64,000 nt of DNA from Candidatus Lustribacter sp. (GCA_965277805.1 OZ255842.1:2464001-2528000); one strand, 5' to 3'. Positions 10,156-19,676 are shown, counted from the first letter of the stretch. Notes: generated by a model not told the origin, from the sequence alone. Program-made: numbers and translations.

Positions 10156-10388
10156 TCCTACCTCCCAGCATGCAAAGGCCGGACTGAGCTCCCGAGAGTT
10201 CGCCCGGCCTAGACGCATCGAACTTGCGGAATTTGCCCACACCCGAAGTTCGACGTCGCCTCCATCGCGCGGTCCATCGCGATCGATGCACCCCGACCGT
10301 ACGCTACTTCCGGTCAGGGCGCATCGGCGCGCTGCACAACAGTCGGCGCAGCGCCTGTGCACACGGCGCTCCAAACTGCGAGCTCAGG

Positions 10389-11432
10389 TCAGGTCAGGAT
10401 GGCTAAACACTCTTCCACAGCAAGCGCGTACTGGACGATCGTGCCCACCAATTGCGGATGCACGAGGCGGTAGTTGCCGGTGATATCGAGCACGCCGAGC
10501 ACTTCGCCCGTTTGGGGATCGCGAATCGGGGCCGCCGTGCACGTGAGTTCTTGCCAGCCATCGCAGTAGTGCTCGGCCGACATCAGTTGCAGCGGACGCT
10601 CGTCGCGGAGCGCCGTTCCGATCGCGTTAGTACCTGCGCTTTCTTCACTCCAATCCGATCCGGTTTCGAATCCGACGCGATCGAGCCGGCGTCGAACGGC
10701 GGGATCGCCATGGAGATCGAGAATCGTCCCGTGCTGATCGGTGATGACGGTGGCGTAGCCGACGTCGGAGAGCGTGTCTGCGAGATGTCTCGCGATCGGG
10801 GCAGCCGCGCGCAACAAGCGATCGCGGGCGCGTTCATCGGCGTCGCCGAGGATGCGCGGCACGGCGATCTTTCGGCCCGGTTCCACCGCTAGCTCGACGC
10901 TGCGCTTCCACGAATTCAGGATGCGCGGCCGAAGGATCACCGATTCGTCCGGCCCCCGTTCGTCCGCCGCCGGCGCATGGACGAGAAACCGTTCCCGTTC
11001 GTGGCTGAAAAAACGCCGCGCGTCTTCGACATCCGAGAATGGCGCGAGCGGCGCGGTGAGCGCGGACAACGTCGGCGGCGGCACCACCGTTGCGACGTTT
11101 TCGGCCCGGTAGAGATCGGCATACGCCAACCGGAACAGCATCGCTTCATCGAACGCATCGAGACCCAGCACTCGCGAAAGCCGCGCCAGGAGCGCAGCCG
11201 AGACCGTGATCGGACGGCCGCTCTCGAAGAGGCGGTACCAGTCGGTCGAAATGCCGGCCGCTTCGGCGACTTCCTGGCGCCGCAGACCCGGAACGCGCCG
11301 GCGTCCGGTCTCGGGAAGGCCGACGCTGGCCGGAGAGCGGCGGGAGCGGGCATGGACGAGAAAGGCTCGCAGCCGGCGCCGCCGTTCGACGTCCGAAGCG
11401 GACACGAGTCCGCCGTCCGGGGTCTCGCTCAT
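10389..11432 (-). CDS. XRE (MmyB-type) HTH fused to AcoR-type GAF domain, transcriptional regulator
   Basis: RRRVPGLRRQEVAEAAGISTDWYRLFESGR HTH; ILNSWKRS...GTNAIGTAL...EHYCDGW..LTCTAAPIRDP GAF. Confidence 0.8.
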   Translation of the reverse strand: MSETPDGGLVSASDVERRRRLRAFLVHARSRRSPASVGLPETGRRRVPGLRRQEVAEAAGISTDWYRLFESGRPITVSAALLARLSRVLGLDAFDEAMLFRLAYADLYRAENVATVVPPPTLSALTAPLAPFSDVEDARRFFSHERERFLVHAPAADERGPDESVILRPRILNSWKRSVELAVEPGRKIAVPRILGDADERARDRLLRAAAPIARHLADTLSDVGYATVITDQHGTILDLHGDPAVRRRLDRVGFETGSDWSEESAGTNAIGTALRDERPLQLMSAEHYCDGWQELTCTAAPIRDPQTGEVLGVLDITGNYRLVHPQLVGTIVQYALAVEECLAILT

Positions 11433-11561
11433 GCTAGGACTCTCACAACCTCCCTAGCGAGCACCCGGTTCGCTATACTTATTGGTGATGCGTTTTAAGC
11501 CGGCACCCACCGCGGAGGTTTACGGGGGTATTTTATCACGAATCCGGGCCGGGAGCGGCCG

Positions 11562-12896
11562 ATGACGGCTCCGAGTAGACGGCCGGATCGGTCTGCGAGT
11601 CCGGAGGGCTTCGATCCCGGGACCATCGCCGACCCCGAGCTCGACTGCCTCGGGTCGCGCGAGGAGGTTGCGGCGGTGGCTGCTCGCCTCGGCCATGGCT
11701 TCTCGGAACTCGCCACGGACGTGCGAGACGTCATCTGGGCAGCCGTACCCGCGTTGCGTGAGGACCCAACCAGCAGCTTGCACGAAACCAGCGTCGAGCA
11801 AAATATCGAAACGCTGCTCGGCATCCTTGCGCACCGGATCGATCCCACCGGAGTCGAGGCGCCGAGCGCAGCCCTCGAATACGCCCGCCGGCTCGCGCAG
11901 CGCGGCGTCTCGACCTTCGCGCTGATCCGCGCCTACCGGCTGGGCCAAGCGCGCTTCCTTCGTCGCGCGATCGAAGATCTGGTGCGGAACGGCGCTGCCG
12001 GCGACGGCCAACTAAGCATCGCGGGCAAGGCCACTCTCGAGGTCGTCGATCGCGTCACGAGCTACGTCGACAACGTGATCGAGCAGCTCATCGTCGCTTA
12101 CGCGAAGGCGCGCGAGGAGTGGTTGAAACCGAATGCGATCCTCGGCGCGCGCGTGCGCTCGGTGCTGACGGAAAAAACGCTCGGCTTCGAGGCTGCCCAA
12201 GCACGGCTCGGATCCTATCAGCTCCGCCAGAACCACCTCGCCCTCGAGTTGTGGGTGCGCCCGCACTCGTTGGAGGGAACCGAACTCGATACGTTACGCA
12301 CGGCAGCCGGCGTCATCGCCGACGCCATCGGCTGCGACGAGCGGCATCTCTTCATACCGGTGGACGAGTCCAGCGCGTGCGTCTGGCTTCCGTTGGGGTC
12401 TCGCATAACGTTCGATCGCGATCGGCTCGCTGCCACGCTTGCAGAAACGCCGGATATCTTCGCAGCGGTTGGAGAGCCCGCTTCCGGGCTGCCGGGCTTC
12501 CGGCGCACGCATCAACAAACGCTGAGCGCTGCCGGCATCGCGCACGCGACCATGGAACCGCGCGAACAGCTGACGCCGTATATTGAAATCGCTCCCATCG
12601 CGGCGCTCTCGCACGACCTCGACTCCGCGCGCGCCTGGGTTTCCGAAACGCTCGGATCGCTCGCGATCGACGACGAGCGCCGCAGCGATCTACGCGAAAC
12701 GGCACGCGTGTTTTTTGCGACCGGCGGAAACTACACAGCGACGGCCGAGCGTTTGCATTTGCACCGGAACACCGCGCAGTACCGCGTACGCCGTGCCGAA
12801 GAAATGCGCGGCCGGCCGTTTAGCGAAGAACGCCTCGACGTCGAACTTGCGCTGCTCGCCTGCCACTGGCTCGGACGTGCCGTACTGCGGCACTGA
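11562..12896 (+). CDS. PucR/CdaR family transcriptional regulator
   Basis: C-terminal LRETARVFF..GGNYTATAERLHLHRNTAQYRVRR HTH; YARRLAQRGV N-domain. Confidence 0.88.
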   Translation: MTAPSRRPDRSASPEGFDPGTIADPELDCLGSREEVAAVAARLGHGFSELATDVRDVIWAAVPALREDPTSSLHETSVEQNIETLLGILAHRIDPTGVEAPSAALEYARRLAQRGVSTFALIRAYRLGQARFLRRAIEDLVRNGAAGDGQLSIAGKATLEVVDRVTSYVDNVIEQLIVAYAKAREEWLKPNAILGARVRSVLTEKTLGFEAAQARLGSYQLRQNHLALELWVRPHSLEGTELDTLRTAAGVIADAIGCDERHLFIPVDESSACVWLPLGSRITFDRDRLAATLAETPDIFAAVGEPASGLPGFRRTHQQTLSAAGIAHATMEPREQLTPYIEIAPIAALSHDLDSARAWVSETLGSLAIDDERRSDLRETARVFFATGGNYTATAERLHLHRNTAQYRVRRAEEMRGRPFSEERLDVELALLACHWLGRAVLRH

Positions 12897-12900
12897 GCCG

Positions 12901-13860
12901 CTATTTGGGCAACAGCAACTCGGACGCTTGGAAATTCGGGAAGTTGTTGTATTTTGACGATGCATCGATCCCGGGTTGCATGAGTGCCGCCGTCAGTTCT
13001 TCCGCATAGTGGCTGCGCACCATGCCCGCGATCGTTTCGGCCGGAATGCTCGTAATCTTCGAGAGGATCGCGCCGCTCTGGTCGTGATTCTTGTTCGCCC
13101 AAACGGCGGTCTGGTGAATGACCGAAACGAACCGGTTGACGAGATCCGGATTGGCCTTCGCCCAGGTCGGCGTCGCGACGAAAAGATTGAGCAGAAAGTG
13201 CTTCGAGATCGCGCTATAGCCCTCGAAGAGCACGCGAAATTGCTTCGACGCCGCGCCGAAGAACGGTTCGACTTCAAAGATTGCGTCGACGCGCCCCTGA
13301 GAGAGTGCTGCCGGCTGCGTCGGGAACGGGATCTCGACGTAGCTGACGGTGGATGAGTCGCCGCCGTTCGCGTCGATCCACGCGGACGCTCCCGTCGTGC
13401 CGAGGCTATGCAATGCGGGCGACGCGATCGTCTTCCCCTTGAGATCTTTCGCGGTGCGGATCGGTGAGTCGGGCTTGACGAGCACGCCCGCGGTTTTCAC
13501 CGTCGCCGGGTCGATATAATCGGTTGCCGGCGCGATCACGTAGAGCGGAATGTTGTGTGAGTGAATCGAGGCGACGGAGTCGATCGTCGTATAGCCGATG
13601 TCGAGCGCCCCGGCAACGACCGCGGCGACGATCGACGGCGTGTTCGACATCGTCGTGATCGTGACGTCGAGTCCGGCCTTCGTCCAGTAGCCGAGCTCTT
13701 TCGCGTAGGTGATCTCGGCCGCGCTTTCGGCTGCCAGCACGCCGATGCGCAGCGGTTGCAGCGTCTGGGCCCGCAGCGGCCCGGCAAATGCTCCAAGCGC
13801 TGCAGCGCCGGAGGCCATGGCAAGCACTCTCGCCCGCGAGATCGGCTGAAAATCGCGCAT
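12901..13860 (-). CDS. ABC transporter substrate-binding protein (SsuA/THI5-like)
   Basis: Tat-like signal; GYWTKAGLDV, SPIRTAKDLKGKTIA, AALSQGRVDA. Confidence 0.85.
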   Translation of the reverse strand: MRDFQPISRARVLAMASGAAALGAFAGPLRAQTLQPLRIGVLAAESAAEITYAKELGYWTKAGLDVTITTMSNTPSIVAAVVAGALDIGYTTIDSVASIHSHNIPLYVIAPATDYIDPATVKTAGVLVKPDSPIRTAKDLKGKTIASPALHSLGTTGASAWIDANGGDSSTVSYVEIPFPTQPAALSQGRVDAIFEVEPFFGAASKQFRVLFEGYSAISKHFLLNLFVATPTWAKANPDLVNRFVSVIHQTAVWANKNHDQSGAILSKITSIPAETIAGMVRSHYAEELTAALMQPGIDASSKYNNFPNFQASELLLPK

Positions 13861-13931
13861 TGATACCGTCCTTAAATCCGGAGGTTTCCGATGGCTTTTC
13901 GGCGAGCGCCTTTAGGCCCTCTTCGGAGCGG

Positions 13932-15140
13932 TTACCTGCGGCTGGTAAGGGGCGAAACGCCGCCGTCGTACGCCCGCGACGTGTAGCCGTCGTTGAGGGT
14001 CTCGAGGTATGCGATGACGTCGTCGATGTCGCGCTCGCTCCACACAGGCTTCTTCCCGCGTTCGCTCGCCAGCGGCGGGTCGATGACGTCGACATTGTTC
14101 CGGTAGCGCGCCGGAATATCGTCGTACTTCGCGACGGTGCCGTCGCGCGCGACGGGATACCACTTCCGCGGGTCGGTATCGCGCTGCACGTAGAAGCGCA
14201 ACGCATCGCGCAGCGTGTGAAACCGGCCGTTGTGAAAGAACACCCGTCGCGTCGCGACGTTGCGCAGCGTCGGCGTTTTGAAGAGCCCGCAATAGGTCTT
14301 CACCGCGGACCGATCCTTACGCAGCGGACCGCATAAGCCGAGATCGTAGTAGCGCGGGTTACGATTCGCCGGGATCTCCGCGTTGCGCGGCACCGCGAGC
14401 GCTTCGAACTGGTAATCGGTAAAGAGCGGGTGCGCGCCGTTGGCGCCCTTCGCGTCGATGTGGCAGAGGGCGCAACCGCCGCGCAGCGGATCGTCGAAGA
14501 GTTTCTTGCCGTGCGTTTCTTGCGCGCTGAGCGTCGCGTGACCGTCCAGATACGCATCGTATTTGCTCGAGTACGGATGAAAGCTCGGATCGTCGAGCTC
14601 GAAGGTCTCGATCGCGACGAGCGCCGATGCATAGGCCGTCTTCACATCGCCTAAGACATCGTGCCCGAACGCGGCGCGGAACTGCCCGGCGTAGGGAGCG
14701 GCGCGTAGCTTGGCGACGATCGCGGCCGGATTCAGGTTGGCCATCTCGGCCGGATTCAGCAGCGGAAATGCCGCTTGATCGCGCAGATGGTCGAAGCGCC
14801 CGTCCCACGTGAGTCCGCCGGCCGGCGCGTCGTTTTCGATCAGACGTTCGCCGATTTCGGTGGACTGCTCGTGAAACCAAATCGGTGCACGATTGAGCGT
14901 ATACCGCAACGACGGCACCGCTCGCGTGCCGGCGCGATCGAGGTGCGGGCCGCCGAGCTGCACGGCGCGAGCGTTCGGCGGCCCGTACGCGGCAAGCGGG
15001 CTATGGCAAGTCGCGCACGACATCTTGCCCGACGCGGAAAGCGTCGCGTCGAAAAACAACCGCTTTCCCAACGCCGCAACGGCGCTCGCATGCGCGGGCG
15101 CCGGCGGAATCAGAGTCGCCCCGGCGGGCGCTTGCCGCAT
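13932..15140 (-). CDS. Di-heme cytochrome c peroxidase/MauG family protein (N-terminal signal possibly frameshifted)
   Basis: LGKRLFFD..LS.SG..SCATCH and CALCH heme motifs; FKTPTLRNVA..FFHNG. Confidence 0.88.
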   Translation of the reverse strand: MRQAPAGATLIPPAPAHASAVAALGKRLFFDATLSASGKMSCATCHSPLAAYGPPNARAVQLGGPHLDRAGTRAVPSLRYTLNRAPIWFHEQSTEIGERLIENDAPAGGLTWDGRFDHLRDQAAFPLLNPAEMANLNPAAIVAKLRAAPYAGQFRAAFGHDVLGDVKTAYASALVAIETFELDDPSFHPYSSKYDAYLDGHATLSAQETHGKKLFDDPLRGGCALCHIDAKGANGAHPLFTDYQFEALAVPRNAEIPANRNPRYYDLGLCGPLRKDRSAVKTYCGLFKTPTLRNVATRRVFFHNGRFHTLRDALRFYVQRDTDPRKWYPVARDGTVAKYDDIPARYRNNVDVIDPPLASERGKKPVWSERDIDDVIAYLETLNDGYTSRAYDGGVSPLTSRR

Positions 15141-15194
15141 GCCTCCAGAAACAAGCCACGCGCGACGCCGCAGAGGGCGAGCGTCGCGAGCTTG

Positions 15195-16448
15195 TTACGA
15201 CCCGGCCGGATTGAGGTTGGTATAGACGTCGGTCCCGAAGTCGACGAGCCCCGATGCACCCGCATAGCCGAGGTGCGGCAGACCGAAGATGTCCTCGATG
15301 CTCGCGAGCGCCGCGTAATGGTTGTACGGCTGTGACGATACCGTTCCGGCTTTGACGAGCGGTGAGAGGACGACCGCGCCGACGAGATCGCCACCGAAAC
15401 TCGTCTTGGTTAGATTGATCGTAAGACTGCCGGAGTTGATTACCGACGTTTGCGGGAAGGCGCCGAGATTCGGACCTTCTTGCTGTCCGCAGCACGTCGC
15501 GCCGCTCCAGGCCAGCGTTTCGGTGCTGCCGCTGACACTTGACGAGGTGATGTCGCTCTCGTCGAAGGTGATCAGCAGCAAGCCGTCTTTCAAGTAGGCG
15601 GGCGAGCTCGTAATCTGCGGGACCCAGTTTTGCAAGAACGTGTTGATGCGGCTGAGGCCGCCCGGTTTACCATCGATCGCGCACGGATTGTCGTGGCCGT
15701 CATCGCACAGGTTCGGAGTGATGAACGTGAAATTTGCCGTCGTCGTGACCGACTTCAGGTCGTTGGTGAGTTTGGCAAGATTGACGACGTTCGTCGCACA
15801 CTGTGGCGAGTCGATGATCGAGTGAAAGTACATGAACGGATCGTGGCGCGTCGCGTATGCATCGCCCAGCGGCGCCGTACCGCTCGGCGCTTCGGCCGTT
15901 TGGGTCATGTCGATCGTGCCGATCGCCGGATGTCCGCACGTTGCGCTCTCGCGGGTGGGATCGTTGCCCATGTCACCCATGTAACCTTTCCACGTGAACC
16001 CGCCCGCCGTGAGCTGATCCGCCAGCGTCTGGACGCTCGCCGGATAGATGCAGCCCGAGCCGCTGATCTGACCGTTGGCGCCGGCCGTTCCCGGCGTGAT
16101 GGAATTGAAGCCGGTCGTGCAATCGTTGTCGGTCTCGTTCGTCGGTGATTGACCCGCCATAAAGGACAGGTAGTTATCGAGACTCACGTGTCCCGTGCCA
16201 TAGTACTGATTGAGCAGCGCGCCTTGCGCCGGCAGCGTGGTCGCAAGATACGGCGCGGCCGATCCGGCGGCGAACGTTTCGGTATACGTTTTGTTTTCGA
16301 GCATGATAACGAAGACGTGACGGATCGCGCTCGTCGTCACGTGCGGCACCGCCGGCGAGGCGCTGCCTCCGTTGCACCCCGCGAGCATCGCACCAATGAG
16401 AAGGGAGCCCGCGACCATGCGCACGGCTCGAACGAATTTCGGCAGCAT
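15195..16448 (-). CDS. Phosphoesterase (acid phosphatase/phospholipase C family) lipoprotein
   Basis: Lipobox LAGC; IRHVFVIMLENK, HVSLDNY, ITPNLCDDGHD, ITFDE, YNHY motifs. Confidence 0.88.
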   Translation of the reverse strand: MLPKFVRAVRMVAGSLLIGAMLAGCNGGSASPAVPHVTTSAIRHVFVIMLENKTYTETFAAGSAAPYLATTLPAQGALLNQYYGTGHVSLDNYLSFMAGQSPTNETDNDCTTGFNSITPGTAGANGQISGSGCIYPASVQTLADQLTAGGFTWKGYMGDMGNDPTRESATCGHPAIGTIDMTQTAEAPSGTAPLGDAYATRHDPFMYFHSIIDSPQCATNVVNLAKLTNDLKSVTTTANFTFITPNLCDDGHDNPCAIDGKPGGLSRINTFLQNWVPQITSSPAYLKDGLLLITFDESDITSSSVSGSTETLAWSGATCCGQQEGPNLGAFPQTSVINSGSLTINLTKTSFGGDLVGAVVLSPLVKAGTVSSQPYNHYAALASIEDIFGLPHLGYAGASGLVDFGTDVYTNLNPAGS

Positions 16449-16561
16449 AGGTACGATGTTAGACGCCTGAGATTATGCCGCGTTCGTGATCACCTTATCC
16501 CGAGCTTAATAAGTAATCTCGTTCCGAGAGGTCGGCGTACCGGGAACAAGAAGCCGCGCGA

Positions 16562-16888
16562 ATGGATTATCATGAACACGCCGACTTGAGCTTAATTCCG
16601 GAACTCAAAGCACTCGATCCGGTTGGTTTTGCGGGCTTCGCCGCGCTGGACAAAACGGTGGGACGCACCGACGGTGCAATCCCGCAAAAGTATCGCGAAC
16701 TGATCGCGCTCGGCGTCGCGCTTACCACGCAGTGTCCGTACTGCCTCGACGTTCACACCAAAGCCGCAAAGAAAGCCGGCGCAACGCGTGAGGAGCTCGC
16801 CGAGACCGTGACGATCGCCTCCGCCCTGCGCGCGGGGGCGGCCCTTACCCACGGCTTGCTTGCTCTCAAGCTCTACGACAAGGCCTAG
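16562..16888 (+). CDS. Carboxymuconolactone decarboxylase/AhpD family protein
   Basis: KYRELIALGVALTTQCPYCLDVH...GATREEL. Confidence 0.9.
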   Translation: MDYHEHADLSLIPELKALDPVGFAGFAALDKTVGRTDGAIPQKYRELIALGVALTTQCPYCLDVHTKAAKKAGATREELAETVTIASALRAGAALTHGLLALKLYDKA

Positions 16889-16919
16889 ACGCCCCGGGCG
16901 AGCGGTCTTCCTGGCGATT

Positions 16920-16959
16920 CTGGCACTCTATTGACAGTATTGCTAACGTCTGCCAAAAT
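16920..16959 (+). promoter_or_regulatory. CIRCE (HrcA operator) overlapping a sigma70 promoter of hsp20
   Basis: CTGGCACTC-N9-TATTGCTAA at 16920-16946 (consensus TTAGCACTC-N9-GAGTGCTAA); TTGACA at 16931, 17-bp spacer, TGn-CAAAAT at 16954. Confidence 0.75.
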
Positions 16960-17020
16960 AGTGGCATAGGGCCGTTGCGCCCGCCACTCTTCTGTCCAGA
17001 AAGGGACTACTGCGCGAGCC

Positions 17021-17428
17021 ATGCCGACCGACGTTGCACGCCTGAACAATCGCCCTGCCGCCGGCAACGGTGGCGCTGTCGCCACCTATAGCCCGTGGCG
17101 CGAAGTGCTGGGGTACGACCCCTTCCGCCGCTTCTTCTCCACCCTCGATCCCGAGATCAATGTCGTCCGCACGGAAAACGGCTTTGACGTGGAGATCCCC
17201 GTCGCGGGCTTCAAGCCCGAAGACGTCGAGATCACCGTCAAGGAAGACATCCTGACGATCACCGGCAAGAACGATCGCCGCGCGTTCACGCGCTCGCTGC
17301 GTTTGCCGGAAGACATCAACGGCGACTCCGCCGATGCGGTCGTCGAGAACGGGCTTCTCTCGCTGCGCCTGGAGCGCCATCCCGAAGCGCAACCGCGCAA
17401 GATCGAGATCAAGGCGAGCCGCAACTAG
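17021..17428 (+). CDS. Hsp20/alpha-crystallin small heat-shock protein
   Basis: IPVAGFKPEDVEITV...FTRSLRLPEDI...AVVENGLLSLRL. Confidence 0.92.
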   Translation: MPTDVARLNNRPAAGNGGAVATYSPWREVLGYDPFRRFFSTLDPEINVVRTENGFDVEIPVAGFKPEDVEITVKEDILTITGKNDRRAFTRSLRLPEDINGDSADAVVENGLLSLRLERHPEAQPRKIEIKASRN

Positions 17429-17449
17429 TCTCGCTCGCGAAGGCACGCG

Positions 17450-17487
17450 AAGCGCGTACGGTGATGAACCGTGCGCGTTTTCTTTTT
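17450..17487 (+). terminator. Intrinsic terminator after hsp20
   Basis: AAGCGCGTACGG-loop-CCGTGCGCGTTT followed by CTTTTT. Confidence 0.7.
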
Positions 17488-17496
17488 GGCGCTTGT

Positions 17497-18138
17497 TCAA
17501 TCTATGCGGCGCAACGTCACGTTGATGCGACCGCTATCGAACAAGCCGGCTTGCGTCAGCAGCGTCGACGTATGCAGACGGATCCGCTCAACGCCGTGAT
17601 AGACCAATCTCGACGCACCGCCGAACCAAATCAGATCTCCGCTGTGGAGTGTAAATCGCCGCACAGGGTCTTTTCGGGATAAGCCGCCCAGTGCGAAGGT
17701 TGCATCGTCGCCGAGCGATATCGAGACGACCGGCGCGTCCAGACTCCCCTCGCCACGGTCCTGATGTAGACCCAATCTCGCATCGGCGTCGTAATAGTTG
17801 ATGAGGCACAGATTGGGCGCGCGGGTTTCGCCCGTTACACGGCCCCAAACGTCCACCAAACGTTTCGGAATAGCGGGCCACGTTAAGCCGGTAACCGGAT
17901 GCGTACTCTGATACCGATAGCCACCGTCGCGGTCCGTCACCCAACCGTACTGGCCTGCGTTGCTCATACGAACGCTCAACGCGGCCCCGGTCTTCGGCAT
18001 CTTCTGTTGAAAGAGCGGCGCTTGCTCAAGGACGGCGCGAACGTCAGAAATGAGGTCGAGCTGTTCCGCCTCGTTGAAAAAACCGGGTAAGAAGTGGAAT
18101 CCCTCGGGAAAGGATTCCACCATAACGTTATGCTGCAC
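17497..18138 (-). CDS. alkB: AlkB family Fe(II)/2-oxoglutarate dioxygenase
   Basis: GWVTDRDGGYRY; CLINYY...LGLHQD (HxD), VVSISLGD, YHGV, RINVTLR. Start may be ATG 18123. Confidence 0.9.
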   Translation of the reverse strand: MQHNVMVESFPEGFHFLPGFFNEAEQLDLISDVRAVLEQAPLFQQKMPKTGAALSVRMSNAGQYGWVTDRDGGYRYQSTHPVTGLTWPAIPKRLVDVWGRVTGETRAPNLCLINYYDADARLGLHQDRGEGSLDAPVVSISLGDDATFALGGLSRKDPVRRFTLHSGDLIWFGGASRLVYHGVERIRLHTSTLLTQAGLFDSGRINVTLRRID

Positions 18139-18261
18139 TATGATGAGGTACTTCGCCGGCAGTTGCGATAGCCGAAGTCCCGTTCATATCCCTATTCAAG
18201 CACGAACGTCGCGCAGGACAAGTGCCCGATTTTTCGCTCTTCAACGTGGGGCGATCGTTCG

Positions 18262-18288
18262 TGGAGCGGGCGGCGGGAATCGAACCCG
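18262..18288 (-). repeat. att-site direct repeat (duplicated 3' end of tRNA-Gly)
   Basis: TGGAGCGGGCGGCGGGAATCGAACCCG is identical to 24971-24997. Confidence 0.92.
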
Positions 18289-18404
18289 AGTTCTGCGACG
18301 CAGCGGCCGGCGGCCTCCCGATCTGATAGCCCGTCCGTGAACGCGATCTTCTCGAACACACCGGGCCGAGCCTCGCGCCGAATGGATGATCGTCCGAGAC
18401 AAAA

Positions 18405-19676
18405 CTAGTCTTTGTGCTTTCGCCTTTTGAGAACATCTCTCCATACCACGAGCGGATCAGCGGAGCCGAACTGTCCCCAACGCGCGCTAACAATGCTTGG
18501 ATACTCGTCATTCCCGAGCACTCCTACTTTGATGTTGTGGCCGCCCCTCGTAGACAGGACCTGCAGTTTCCATTTGGATCCGTCGCCATTGAGATTGTAA
18601 AGAATGCCGATTCGTCGTGTTGGCGATTGGTCTTGCTCCGCGAAGGCGATATCGAGGTAACCGTTACCGTCGAAATCGGCTAACTTCAGCGAACCTTGAT
18701 GCACGAAATTAACAGTCGGATCGATCATGTGCCTAACCCAGGTTCCACCGGGCATAGACGGCGCTTCGTACCAAACAAGCCCGCCTCCGCCGTACATGGG
18801 CGCGAGCAAGATGTCCTTGCGACCATTGTGATTTATATCGGTGATGGCCGTTGTCATATTGCCGGTGAAGAGCGGATGCGCGTCGATGATTTCCACTTGC
18901 CACCGCTCACGCAAGGGATCCCCGCGGTGATGTCGCGGATTCACAAAGCGGGCGAGCATTGTGGCCGAGCGATATGGAGCGATGATGTCTGGAATGCCAT
19001 CGGCCTTAAGGACGCCTAACGTGGTGCCTTGACCATCTCGCGGAATGATTCCGCGATCGGCAAAATCCCAGTGCTGCCCGCCGTTTTCGTTGAAGTATAC
19101 GCCCTGTTCCGTAACGATGTCGGGGCGACCGTTACCGTTGACATCGCCGAGCTGCACGTCATGTGAGTAGTGCTTTCGATCAATGGTTATTGACTGCCAA
19201 GGGCATTGGTAAACGTTCGAGCAAGCACTATGCCGAGGATTGAAAAGTACGCTCGTAACGAAATTCTGGCCGCCGGTAACGATGTCTGGTGCACCATCGC
19301 CATTGATGTCCGCAGTTCGAGCATCTTCGTCACCGCCCATGTAGTCGGCATGCGATATTCGGGATCGTTGACGGCCAGCGCCGTAAAGCTCAATTATAGT
19401 TGGCCCGTAGATGGCTCCCACGACTGAACCGCGACCATCAGCATCGATGATCACTTTGGCCTTATGGTTGCCACGCCGATCATCTAAGACGTATCGCTGA
19501 AACGGAACTGGCGACACGCGCGAGACGACGATGGTGGCAATGGGCTTCGCCCTGACTGGATTGGCGATGTCCTCTCGGTTCTTGAGAACGTTGAGCCCAT
19601 AGCGCTCATAACCTTCCCGAACGCCGAATGCAACGACCAAGGTCATGACAATCGCAAAGAGAGATCGACGATTCAT
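18405..19676 (-). CDS. FG-GAP/VCBS repeat-containing secreted or membrane-anchored protein
   Basis: Repeated ADINGDGAPDIV, GDVNGNGRPDIV, TDINHNGRKDIL, ADFDGNGYLDIA motifs; N-terminal TM. Confidence 0.85.
   Translation of the reverse strand: MNRRSLFAIVMTLVVAFGVREGYERYGLNVLKNREDIANPVRAKPIATIVVSRVSPVPFQRYVLDDRRGNHKAKVIIDADGRGSVVGAIYGPTIIELYGAGRQRSRISHADYMGGDEDARTADINGDGAPDIVTGGQNFVTSVLFNPRHSACSNVYQCPWQSITIDRKHYSHDVQLGDVNGNGRPDIVTEQGVYFNENGGQHWDFADRGIIPRDGQGTTLGVLKADGIPDIIAPYRSATMLARFVNPRHHRGDPLRERWQVEIIDAHPLFTGNMTTAITDINHNGRKDILLAPMYGGGGLVWYEAPSMPGGTWVRHMIDPTVNFVHQGSLKLADFDGNGYLDIAFAEQDQSPTRRIGILYNLNGDGSKWKLQVLSTRGGHNIKVGVLGNDEYPSIVSARWGQFGSADPLVVWRDVLKRRKHKD

Noticed and set aside
10215-10255. 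c-di-GMP-I riboswitch (GGCAAA seen on minus strand)
   Set aside because: Lacks the GAAA-tetraloop/receptor and GCAAAG-type elements of the consensus.
13932-16448. Read-through fusion of phosphoesterase and peroxidase (same frame, single TAA)
   Set aside because: Same frame has a 1-in-3 chance; a frameshifted signal peptide explains the junction better.
18262-18330. Second complete tRNA-Gly
   Set aside because: Only the 27-bp 3' portion matches; there is no anticodon or D arm, so it is treated as an att site.
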